The notes beneath the pieces were generated by a model. That model was given only the letters and a program-made list of their open reading frames with translations. It had not been told where the DNA came from and searched no databases. DNA of 64,000 nt, from assembly GCA_019058445.1 (NCBI GenBank), contig JAHPZA010000006.1, forward strand, positions 1,132,943-1,196,942, read 5' to 3'. Below are positions 46,280-55,641 of the stretch, piece by piece. A program made the translations under genes and the position numbers. How positions within the stretch are numbered: position 1 is the first letter of the stretch; every line of letters starts with the position of its first letter. This DNA is from Promethearchaeota archaeon (GTDB taxonomy: Archaea; Asgardarchaeota; Lokiarchaeia; Sigyniarchaeales; SOKP01).

Positions 46280-47467
46280 CTATATCCAATCCCCTGTTGA
46301 AAGTTTCTCTGGAAGGTATTTTTCCGTTAAAAATTCAAATCCATGGGTGGAGAATGCCTGAATTTCTGCTTTTATTTTTAATTTAAGAGCAAGATTTAGA
46401 TCATCACGCCATTCCTTATTTTGTTTTACAAAATCTTCATTAAGTATGTCTTTTGTTCTTTTGATATCTACTTTCGTCATGGGAAGTCTGACTTCATTTG
46501 GAATGTTATAAGCGTCTAAATCTCTTGTCAGTACTCCTAATAGCTTGATATTTGGCGTAGCAAGAAAAGGAGATTCATAACTCAGTCTCTTTGACCCGCG
46601 TAAATAAATCGAATGAATATAATGCCCATATGGGTCGCTATCAACTAAGCTAAAGACTGGGAGATTTAATTCTTTCGAAAGGCGTTTTAAGAACATCCGA
46701 ACTGCAACATTTCCCACACCCTGTGCAGTTAACAAGATACAAGGATATTTCCGCCAAAATCTTGCCTCTGCTAACCTCATCATAGCCGCATCCTTTTCAA
46801 TTACTAAAATAAACTCTGCATCTGATTCCAAGATTTCAATATTATCAAGCATAGGTGAAATTGTCCATCCGCCACTTCCCAAACCTTCAAGATCGATAAT
46901 ATCATTCCTATCTCTAATTCTAAGTCTTCCTACACAAGTGCCTTTTGGTGCAGCCACAATATGGGTTGAATTTCTTGTGGTATAGAGCATTGAAGCAACA
47001 TCTTCGATACTTTTATCGCTATTTTTCTGATCAGTAAATAATTTAACATCGGTATAGAAAATCTCACGCTTAGTAGCATGAATATCTTTAACTAACAACT
47101 CATCAACAATTTCAAGCACTCTCATAAGTCTAGTAATATCTGCAACACTCGTGAGAGAATGAAATTGTTTTTCCATAATTTGTCTGCCAAGTAATAACAA
47201 ATCATTATCTTCATCCCAAATAATGTTAGAACTTGATCGAGAGGGTAATTCAATTGTAGGTCTTCCAGATGACAAAATTTTGGCGATTACACCATCAACC
47301 ATCTTGTAAATCCTGTTTAAAGTTTCCTTTTTGTTTAAATCATCAATTTTTATTGTATCATCTGGAAGATTAATATCTTTTTTTTCAGTTCCTTTTGCTA
47401 AATACTCTTGAAGTAACGTCTTGGTTGCTTTAAAATCCCATTTTTGATCTGTTTTTTTTTTAGCCAT
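46280..47467 (-). CDS. top6A: DNA topoisomerase VI subunit A
   Basis: TKREIFY (catalytic Tyr), VIEKDA, DSDPYG, KAEIQA; SD GAGGT before ATG 47467. Confidence 0.96.
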   Translation of the reverse strand: MAKKKTDQKWDFKATKTLLQEYLAKGTEKKDINLPDDTIKIDDLNKKETLNRIYKMVDGVIAKILSSGRPTIELPSRSSSNIIWDEDNDLLLLGRQIMEKQFHSLTSVADITRLMRVLEIVDELLVKDIHATKREIFYTDVKLFTDQKNSDKSIEDVASMLYTTRNSTHIVAAPKGTCVGRLRIRDRNDIIDLEGLGSGGWTISPMLDNIEILESDAEFILVIEKDAAMMRLAEARFWRKYPCILLTAQGVGNVAVRMFLKRLSKELNLPVFSLVDSDPYGHYIHSIYLRGSKRLSYESPFLATPNIKLLGVLTRDLDAYNIPNEVRLPMTKVDIKRTKDILNEDFVKQNKEWRDDLNLALKLKIKAEIQAFSTHGFEFLTEKYLPEKLSTGDWI

Positions 47468-47481
47468 AATTTTTACCTCTA

Positions 47482-50400
47482 TTATTTTAATTTCCAATGT
47501 TTTTTGCCCATTTTCACATCAACTACAACTTTTCCCTTACGTTCTAATTCTTTTAATTTGATCTGCAAGAACCTTGCATCCATCATATCTTTAATTCTCA
47601 ATTTGAAAATGAGATGTTTAATAGTTTGCCAATCATCTGTCAATGCTCCTATCAAACTATCAGTGGTAATCACCGGTAAATGGGTTTGTATTGGCTTAGG
47701 TGGTGTAAAAGAAGCTTTAGGTTTAGGTTTAGGAGGTGCTTTTTCTTTTATAGCTTGCATTCTTGCTTTTGCAGCTTTTAATTTTTTAGGCTCTAGTGCA
47801 ATAGGTTGTACTAATTCAACTTTTTCAGGTTTCTCTTCTTTAACAATTGGTTTTTCAACTCCTTTAAGATGATCTTGAATCTTCTTAATTATTTCAGTTT
47901 TTTTAATTTTCGATGGAATTTTTATATTATTTTCATCACAATATGCTCTTAATTTTTTTACAGTCCATTGAGTGAGAGTTTCAGTGTCGAGCATTTCCTT
48001 CTTGACGGGAATCTCTTTAGGTTTCTGAGTGATTTTTGTGGGTGTCTCTTTTTCTATGATACGTTCTTTCTCTTCTACTTTTTCCTCTTTTATTATTGGT
48101 CTCTCCTTAGGAGGTTCAAGAACTTGAACTTCAGGTTTTACTGGTAACGGTTCTTGGGGAATGGTAGGTATTTTTTTAACGCCTATCGCTTCCCTCATCA
48201 AAGTCTGGAGCTCTTTCTCATCAAGTTGACTTTTATAGATACTCTCTCCTTGATAAGCTATATTATACACACTTTTAACAAACTTTGGAATATATTTTTC
48301 AATTAAACTTGCTCTTTTTTCACTTTTACGTTGAGTTGCTTTTCGATTGATATATACTCTTAATCTACGTCCTATTGCTTCTAAACAAAATTTAATTTCC
48401 TTAATTAAACTTTCGTCATCGGCTAAAGCATTTTTAGACTGAGATTTAAACATTAAGTGAACAAATGGACCTGAAACGTTAACTAATAATTTTATTGGTC
48501 CTTTAGGTAAATTATTATCATAGGTATCTAATTTATAATTTTTCCAATTAACTGATTGAACTGCTTTGGTTATAGCACAATCAGCACTATCCCTTAATTT
48601 GGGAGTTCTATTTACAAATCGAGATAAAACATCCCTAGAACGTTTTGGGACTTCGATCCGATTTGAATATGCTAACACTGCTTCAACTACATAAGCCAAT
48701 CCTTTTCCACTTGTAGGATCTCTTGTTTCAGCTGAAATAAAATCATCATCTTTGGTATAATTTTCTACAAAGTATTCGAATACCATATTATAAGTCTCTT
48801 TTGTTTCAGCTTCTTCTTTTTCAATAAAATTAATTATTGATTGTGTTAATTGGTCTGATTCTATACTGGTGTCTTTAATATCAACGTTTTTCAAAATTTG
48901 AGAATTGACATCGATAACTTCTTCTACATCAACAGAAATCTCGTTTAAAATTTCTTCACTAGCATTTGAATCTTCTTGGATTATTACTTCTTTTTTTTCA
49001 CTAAGCAAAATATCAAATATTTTCTTGATATCATCAGTTGGTGTATCGTAGTCATCTAAATTTTCTGAAACTCGCAAACCTAAATCTTTTATTAAAGTAT
49101 TTTCTAATATGGTATCTCCAACTGGTATGGCAGTATCAGTAGGTGGTGCCATATACTTTATTGATTTGAAAGCAAGAAACAATGAATTAAATTGATCGTT
49201 AGTTAATTCTGCAGGCTTTACTTTGGAGAGTTGAACTTGATTAATTAAATCTTCGAATTCAGTTCTATTTTTCAGTTTTTTTAATTCATTCAACCCATCC
49301 TGATTATTTTTCAATAAAATTTCGATGTTTTGTTTTAATTTATCCTTATCTTTCCTATTTTTATCGATTTCACTTAATAATTTCCTTATTTCATTCTGAA
49401 TTGATTTTTCGTCTTTTTTTGTCTCAGCTTTATCAATCTGGTCGTTATGTTTTTTTATTTTTTTGTTTATTTTCTCTCTATTTTTTATTAATTGATTATA
49501 TTTTGAAATTAAATCCCAATATTGATTTTTTAAATCATCAGAGACTATTTCATAAATTATCAATTTATCTCTCGGCTTTTGAGATCTTCCATAAACTCTC
49601 TTTTCAAACTGAAGGAAATAAAATGTATCACTGTTTTTTCCTGGGATAGTAGCAAATCCCGTACTAAGAATAAGAAGTTTAAGTTTATCTTGTAAATCTC
49701 TTTCAGCTAAATCAATAATTTCTTTTGCTGTTTTAGAGCTTACTCTTACAAAGTTTTCTTTTAAAAATGAGCTTATTGTAAGATTATTGGTTTTAATTAA
49801 TAAATCTTGAAGATCACCAATATTAGTGGAAGATGGATGGGGTAATGCATATTTAGGTTCTAAAGGAAATGAAGAAACTTTTCTTGGATAAATATGTTCC
49901 TCGTTATAAGGATCTATAAAAATGATAGTGATATGGGGGTTCATTAAAGCCGTTTCCTTTATATATGTATCGACATATCCCCGAATATATTTCACATTCA
50001 AGTAATGTAGTTTTATATAAGTCCCGTGAAGAAACGGACAATCAACTTCAGTCGGAGTAATGAAATATTTTTTTTCATTTTTAGAAGTAGTGGAAAATTC
50101 TGAAACGGTGGCATATACATTTTCCACTGATTTTGAGACGGCAACAATTGGTTTTCCCGTAGTGTTTTGTGAATCACTAAAAGCACTAGGGGCCCCGAAA
50201 CCTTGAGAACCTCTGGTTTGTTTTAATTGCATGCTTTTACTGGAAGCTAGATATTTTCCAAATTTTCGTAAGTCTACTTTTGACATCCCAGTTCCATTAT
50301 CAAAAATTTCAAAAGTATAACTCATCACGTTCTTTTGACTTAATTCTGAAGTCAAAAATGAAGCTGCTTCGGTTTCGCCTATTCGCATAATTACAATAGG

Positions 50401-50928
50401 TTCGTCATCAATAATGGATTCTACAGGTTTAATAATTTCTTCCATATCAACAATAATTTTCTTAACTTCCTCTTCTACCTCAATTTCAGACTTATCAGTT
50501 ATCTCTCCAGACTTAGCTGGTTCTTCTTCTTTCTCTACCTCAAATTCTGTCACTTCAGTTTCGCTAGGTTCTGTTTTTTCAGTTTCACTAGGTTCTAAAC
50601 CAAATTCTTTCATTAAAGTCTGCTTTGCCTCATCATCTAAAGGTTTAAATGTGGTCTTGTCTTCGGATTCTTTTTGAAGAATAGAGAGATTTTCTAAGGA
50701 TAATTCTTGGTCTAATGTGAATCTAAGTTTTGAATTTGGGTTTTGAATCTCTTCCCATTGAAAGGTTTCAATAGCGTCAAGTGCATTGTCTAAAAATTCT
50801 GCCACGTACTGTTGGTGTTTCCAATAGCCAAATTCAAAACCAACTAATTGAGTACGCTTGCGCATAAATTCCGCTATAGTCCCTTGCTTAATCGTCGATT
50901 TTTCATCTCGAGAGGTAATGGTAAACAC
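47482..50928 (-). CDS. top6B: DNA topoisomerase VI subunit B, greatly expanded (1148 aa)
   Basis: EFLDNALDA, DNGTGM, SSK..QTRGSQGFG, HGT, PHP, RFVNRTP, FKSQSK; large insertions and a C-terminal extension. Confidence 0.95.
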   Translation of the reverse strand: MFTITSRDEKSTIKQGTIAEFMRKRTQLVGFEFGYWKHQQYVAEFLDNALDAIETFQWEEIQNPNSKLRFTLDQELSLENLSILQKESEDKTTFKPLDDEAKQTLMKEFGLEPSETEKTEPSETEVTEFEVEKEEEPAKSGEITDKSEIEVEEEVKKIIVDMEEIIKPVESIIDDEPIVIMRIGETEAASFLTSELSQKNVMSYTFEIFDNGTGMSKVDLRKFGKYLASSKSMQLKQTRGSQGFGAPSAFSDSQNTTGKPIVAVSKSVENVYATVSEFSTTSKNEKKYFITPTEVDCPFLHGTYIKLHYLNVKYIRGYVDTYIKETALMNPHITIIFIDPYNEEHIYPRKVSSFPLEPKYALPHPSSTNIGDLQDLLIKTNNLTISSFLKENFVRVSSKTAKEIIDLAERDLQDKLKLLILSTGFATIPGKNSDTFYFLQFEKRVYGRSQKPRDKLIIYEIVSDDLKNQYWDLISKYNQLIKNREKINKKIKKHNDQIDKAETKKDEKSIQNEIRKLLSEIDKNRKDKDKLKQNIEILLKNNQDGLNELKKLKNRTEFEDLINQVQLSKVKPAELTNDQFNSLFLAFKSIKYMAPPTDTAIPVGDTILENTLIKDLGLRVSENLDDYDTPTDDIKKIFDILLSEKKEVIIQEDSNASEEILNEISVDVEEVIDVNSQILKNVDIKDTSIESDQLTQSIINFIEKEEAETKETYNMVFEYFVENYTKDDDFISAETRDPTSGKGLAYVVEAVLAYSNRIEVPKRSRDVLSRFVNRTPKLRDSADCAITKAVQSVNWKNYKLDTYDNNLPKGPIKLLVNVSGPFVHLMFKSQSKNALADDESLIKEIKFCLEAIGRRLRVYINRKATQRKSEKRASLIEKYIPKFVKSVYNIAYQGESIYKSQLDEKELQTLMREAIGVKKIPTIPQEPLPVKPEVQVLEPPKERPIIKEEKVEEKERIIEKETPTKITQKPKEIPVKKEMLDTETLTQWTVKKLRAYCDENNIKIPSKIKKTEIIKKIQDHLKGVEKPIVKEEKPEKVELVQPIALEPKKLKAAKARMQAIKEKAPPKPKPKASFTPPKPIQTHLPVITTDSLIGALTDDWQTIKHLIFKLRIKDMMDARFLQIKLKELERKGKVVVDVKMGKKHWKLK

Positions 50929-51179
50929 TCTTTTTTTTAATTTTCTTAATAATCAAAATCTTTATGCTAACTATAATATGTGCATTTTTATATATAAATA
51001 AGAAGATATTTACTAAGACCTATAATTGTAACATAATCTCTAATATGTCTAAGTTCAAATTCCTTCTTTTTACTTCAATTCTTAGAGAAACTGATTTATT
51101 ATTTAAAGTTTTTCACCTAAAGAAAAAGTTTAAAAGAATCTAAAATAAAAATGAATCTATAACTGATTTACACTTAAAT

Positions 51180-52460
51180 TTATAACTTTCCTTTTAATCT
51201 GTAATTTTCTAAAGCAATATCTAAAATTCTTGAAGCAACATATCGCTTTGAATGTAACTCTACATGAGTTATGTGTTTTTCTTTATCTATAATATACACT
51301 TCATTATCTTTACTCACAAAACCAATGTCTTCTCTACCTACATCATTGGCAACAATCAAATCTGCGTCGGAGCGTTTCAGACGGTCATACGCTCTATCAA
51401 TTAACTGACTTCGTGAGACATTTGTTTCCGCCTTAAAGGCCACAATAAATACCTTATGATTCTTTTTTCTCGCTTCATCAATTATTTTAGGGGTTAGTCT
51501 CATGTTAACTTGCAGGGTTTTCACATCATCAGAGGAAATTTTTCCCTCAATACAATCTGTTGGGGAATAATCGCTTATTGCCGCTGCACATATGAAAAAG
51601 TCATAATCATTGTAACCTAACTCATCTTTAATTTTTTTTATAAAATCATCTGTTGAAACCACATTAACTGTGTCTAAATAATCTGGAATCTTAACTAAAC
51701 AATTACCAGCGACTAATAAGACTTCTGCTCCTCTTGCTACTGCTTCTTTTGCAATTTCAATACCCATCCTCCCTGAGGAGTTATTTGAAACAAATCTTAT
51801 CTCATCAATATATTCTCTAGTGGGTCCTGCAGTGATAAGAATGCGCTTTCCTTCTAAATCTTTTTTCGAAATAAGTAAATCGATTACGCGATCAATAATA
51901 TCATCAATTTTGGCGATTTTTGCCTTTCCTTCTGAAATTCTAGGTCCTAAGATATCAACACCGTATTTTTTCAGTTTATTAATGTTTTCATGAAATATTT
52001 CGTGCTTCATCATACTTTCATGAGCTGCTGGTACCACAACAATTGGAATAGATGACCCAAAAGCTGTCGACACTATTGTAGTTACGGGAGTATCATCAAT
52101 ACCATTGGCAATTTTTGAAATTGTATTCGCGGTTGATGGACAGACGAGAATTAAATCTGCTTTTCCTATTTCTTTTGGACGTTCTCCCGCCAAATATACA
52201 TGTTCTACAGCACCTGTTAATTTAGTGATAACTGGATTCCCCGTAGCCCAGTGCATTAATGCGGGTGTTATTAATTCAGTTGCAGCTTTGGTCATTACCG
52301 CAATAACTTCGGCCCCAAGGCGCATTAGTTCGCGAGCTACTATTGGCGCAGAAATTACTGCAACAGAACCAGACAAGCACATACATATTGTTTTTCCTCT
52401 GAGAATTCTTCCCTTGCTCTCAATAATATCCTTGGATGGATGTTTATATGACATATTCAT
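51180..52460 (-). CDS. coaBC: Bifunctional phosphopantothenoylcysteine decarboxylase/synthetase
   Basis: PSTANTISKIANGIDD, TAGPTREYIDEIRFVSNNSSGRMG, AAAISDY, FKAET, VANDV. Confidence 0.96.
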   Translation of the reverse strand: MNMSYKHPSKDIIESKGRILRGKTICMCLSGSVAVISAPIVARELMRLGAEVIAVMTKAATELITPALMHWATGNPVITKLTGAVEHVYLAGERPKEIGKADLILVCPSTANTISKIANGIDDTPVTTIVSTAFGSSIPIVVVPAAHESMMKHEIFHENINKLKKYGVDILGPRISEGKAKIAKIDDIIDRVIDLLISKKDLEGKRILITAGPTREYIDEIRFVSNNSSGRMGIEIAKEAVARGAEVLLVAGNCLVKIPDYLDTVNVVSTDDFIKKIKDELGYNDYDFFICAAAISDYSPTDCIEGKISSDDVKTLQVNMRLTPKIIDEARKKNHKVFIVAFKAETNVSRSQLIDRAYDRLKRSDADLIVANDVGREDIGFVSKDNEVYIIDKEKHITHVELHSKRYVASRILDIALENYRLKGKL

Positions 52461-52667
52461 CTGCTATTTTGTGTAATTCATTTATTTGATATTCTATGTT
52501 AAAGTTAAATCTAACGTTATAAAAATTTTTGCTAAGGTTGTTTTAAAAGTTTAAAAAAAAGAGCTAAAAATTTTTTATCTTTAGGTTAAATCTATTTATA
52601 TTTTAGAAAAACCTTTAATAAATTATTATTCTTAAATTCATTATCTTTACAGATTTAAACCAAACAG

Positions 52668-53552
52668 TTGTTTAATTTGAAAATTGGAATAATTTTTAAT
52701 AGAATAACATGGGAAATTAAACAGTTAATTAGTGAGATGGAAAAAAATCAAGTTAGTTATAAATTAGTAAACAATCAAAAAATTTACTTTAAATTGACTA
52801 ATGAAAAAGATTTAGATGATAATTTTGATGTAATTTTAGAGAGATCTCTTTCCTATTTAAGAGGATTATATTCTTGCGCAATATTAGAGTCAAAAGGCTA
52901 TAAAGTAATTAATAATTTTGATTGTTTAAATTTAAGCGGCAATAAATTATTAACTAGCTTAAAGTTAATGGAACAAAATATACCTACCCCCCAAACGTGC
53001 ATTGCTTTTAAAAAAGAATCAGCATTAAACGCAATTGAGGCTACTATCAATTATCCGGCTGTTATAAAACCAATAGTTGGTTCTTGGGGGAGGCTTGTAG
53101 CAAGATTAGATGATCATAGCTCTGCAACTAGTAATTTAGAATCTCGGGAGGAGTTAGGGAATATTTTGCAAAAGATTTATTATCTTCAAAAATATATTCC
53201 TACAGAAGAGGAGAATGACCTAAAATCCCCAACAGATTTAAGAGTGTTTGTAGTTGGAGATAAATGTGTGGCCGCTATGGGTCGTTTTCATACGGATAAA
53301 GACTTTAGAAGTAATATCGCTATTGGAGGAAGAGCGGAATCAATTGAAATTACAAACGAATTGAAAGATTTAAGCCTAAAAGCTTCAAAAGCGGTTAAAG
53401 GAGAAATTGTAGGAGTAGATTTAATGGATGATGCGGGAACATTAAAAGTAATTGAAGTAAACGGAACACCTCAATTTAAAGGAGTCGCTACTGCTACAAA
53501 TATTAATGTCGCAGCAGAAATTATAGCTTATCTAATGGATAATTATATTTGA
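52668..53552 (+). CDS. lysX: LysX/ArgX amino acid--LysW ligase (RimK ATP-grasp)
   Basis: KPIVGSWGRL, YLQKYI, DLRVFVVG, FRSNIAIGG, EVN; followed by lysZ and lysK. Confidence 0.88.
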   Translation: MFNLKIGIIFNRITWEIKQLISEMEKNQVSYKLVNNQKIYFKLTNEKDLDDNFDVILERSLSYLRGLYSCAILESKGYKVINNFDCLNLSGNKLLTSLKLMEQNIPTPQTCIAFKKESALNAIEATINYPAVIKPIVGSWGRLVARLDDHSSATSNLESREELGNILQKIYYLQKYIPTEEENDLKSPTDLRVFVVGDKCVAAMGRFHTDKDFRSNIAIGGRAESIEITNELKDLSLKASKAVKGEIVGVDLMDDAGTLKVIEVNGTPQFKGVATATNINVAAEIIAYLMDNYI

Positions 53553-53570
53553 AAAAAAAATTATTTATAT

Positions 53571-54407
53571 ATGTTAGAAATGCTTGTAGTAATTAAAATT
53601 GGAGGAGCTTTAATCGCAAAAAATTTTGAAAATGTAATTCAAGATATTCGCAATATTTACTCGAATTACAGTGAGAAATATTCATTGGTTTTAATTCATG
53701 GTGGAGGACCTCAAATAAACGAGACCCTAAAAAAAATGAATAAAGAACCAAAATATTTTCAAACACCTTCTGGATTTACGACGAGATATACTGATCAAGA
53801 AGCGATAGAAGCAGCTATAATGTCTTTAGGAGGGATTAATAATAAGCGTTTAGTCGAAGCGCTCCAAAAATGTAATATAAATGCATTTGGATTTTCCGGA
53901 ATTGATGGCATTGTAATTGAAGCGGAGAGAAAGGATAAAATATTAGTCCTAATAAATGGAAAAAGAATTATGAAGAGAGGAGAATATTCCGGAAAGGTAA
54001 TCAAGGTTTCTACACCTATTATTGATTTTTTATTACAAAATAAGTATTTGCCAATAATCGGATCTCTAGCCAAAAGTAAAGAGGGAGAAATTGTAAATGT
54101 AGACGGAGATCGAGCGGCTAGCTTCATAGCTCAAGCGTTAAAAGCGGATATTCTAATTAGTTTAACGGATGTTAAGGGGATTTATAGAGATTTTAATGAT
54201 AAAAATACGATAATTAAAACCATCAATACTGTACAGTTAGAGGGGCTTTTAGATAATTTAGAGGGAGGTATGAAAAAGAAAGCATTTGCTGCATTAGAAG
54301 CTTTAAAACTGGGGGTAAAAAAGGTGATTATTTACTCCGGTTTAACAGAAACGCCGATATTTGATGCATTAGAAAATAATTTAGGAACTGTGATAACTAA
54401 TGAATAA
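53571..54407 (+). CDS. lysZ: [LysW]-aminoadipate/glutamate kinase
   Basis: KIGG, IHGGG, PSGFTTRYTD, NVDGDRAA, GGMKKK. Confidence 0.9.
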   Translation: MLEMLVVIKIGGALIAKNFENVIQDIRNIYSNYSEKYSLVLIHGGGPQINETLKKMNKEPKYFQTPSGFTTRYTDQEAIEAAIMSLGGINNKRLVEALQKCNINAFGFSGIDGIVIEAERKDKILVLINGKRIMKRGEYSGKVIKVSTPIIDFLLQNKYLPIIGSLAKSKEGEIVNVDGDRAASFIAQALKADILISLTDVKGIYRDFNDKNTIIKTINTVQLEGLLDNLEGGMKKKAFAALEALKLGVKKVIIYSGLTETPIFDALENNLGTVITNE

Positions 54408-55551
54408 TGAGGCAAAGAGTTTCTTAAGGAAATGTTTAGAAATCTATAGTCCCTCTGGACAAGAAAAGAAATATTCAGAATTTATTGCAAATTACTTAAA
54501 AGAACATGGTTTTAACGTTTCTTTTGATAATATTGGAAATATTATTGCGGAAAAAGGATCTGGAACCCCTACATTACTATTAGTATCACATTTAGATACA
54601 ATACCAGGTGAAGTGCCGGTTATTGAGAAAGAGGGAAAATTATTTGGGAGAGGTGCTGTAGATTGTAAACCTTCTTTAGCGGCCATGGTATATTCTATTT
54701 CCAATTATAATTTTAATCAAATACCTTCGGGAACGATTATTTTTGCGGGTATAGTGAGAGAGGAGGATAGTCTAGTAGGTATCGAAAATTTTATAAAATC
54801 TGATATTCACCCGGATTGTGCAATTTTTGGGGAACCAACCAAATTCAATCAGATTTGTATTGGATATAAAGGAAGGATATGCATTGGATTTAGGATATTA
54901 ACAGAACCAGGTCATGTTGCCAGTTCCTGGCAATATGCTAATGCCATTGAAATTGGCTTAGAAGTGTGGAATGTTATAAAGGGAGTGTGTTGGCAGTTAA
55001 ATGAGATGTACTGTCCAAGAAATTCAGCACTAAAATATTTTAATCAGATTATTCCAAACTTAACCATAATTTCTGGGGGAAACTTAACAAATTCCATTCC
55101 ATCAGAATGTATCATTCAAGTGGATATAAGATTTCCTCCCTCAATTAAAACAGATCTTATTTTAAAAAATCTAAGGCAAAAGATTTTAGCTTTTAAGAAT
55201 GTTTATGAACATCAAGTAGAAAAACAAATTCAAATCCAGGAGAACATTTCAAGCCTCATTGAAGGATTTGAAGAAAAAGGGGATGAAGTAATAATAGGGG
55301 CGCTTAGATGGGCAATTTATAGGACAACCGGTAAAAAACCGAAACTTATAAAAAAAACAGGAACAACTTTTATCAATTTGATTGGATTGTCTTATAACAT
55401 TCCCTCTATTACATATGGTCCCGGAGATCCTAAATTAGAACACACAGATGACGAGTTTATAGATTTATCTGAATTTTTAAAATGTATTGAAGTCTATTCA
55501 AAATTTTATTCTAAGTTTTTTGTAATGTACAAAAAAAAGCATAAGGTTTAA
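54400..55551 (+). CDS. lysK: [LysW]-lysine/ornithine hydrolase (M20)
   Basis: YSPSGQE, SHLDTIPG, GRGAVDCK, REE, GEP, YGPGD..LEHT. Confidence 0.88.
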   Translation: MNNEAKSFLRKCLEIYSPSGQEKKYSEFIANYLKEHGFNVSFDNIGNIIAEKGSGTPTLLLVSHLDTIPGEVPVIEKEGKLFGRGAVDCKPSLAAMVYSISNYNFNQIPSGTIIFAGIVREEDSLVGIENFIKSDIHPDCAIFGEPTKFNQICIGYKGRICIGFRILTEPGHVASSWQYANAIEIGLEVWNVIKGVCWQLNEMYCPRNSALKYFNQIIPNLTIISGGNLTNSIPSECIIQVDIRFPPSIKTDLILKNLRQKILAFKNVYEHQVEKQIQIQENISSLIEGFEEKGDEVIIGALRWAIYRTTGKKPKLIKKTGTTFINLIGLSYNIPSITYGPGDPKLEHTDDEFIDLSEFLKCIEVYSKFYSKFFVMYKKKHKV

Positions 55552-55580
55552 GCATAGATAAAGAAAAAAAAATATAAATT

Positions 55581-55603
55581 CTATTTTATCCAAGATAAAA
55601 TAG
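55581..55603. terminator. Perfect 10-bp hairpin between convergent genes, followed by a T-tract on the minus strand
   Basis: CTATTTTATC-CAA-GATAAAATAG; on the minus strand it is followed by AATTTATATTTTTTTTTC. Confidence 0.55.
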
Positions 55604-55641
55604 GGGGGTAGGGAAAATTAAAATTCGAGAATGATAGAACA

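Noticed and set aside
47482-50928. Inteins explaining the Top6B size
   Set aside because: No C/S start, HN-C/S/T end or LAGLIDADG motifs; the inserts are low-complexity or coiled-coil.
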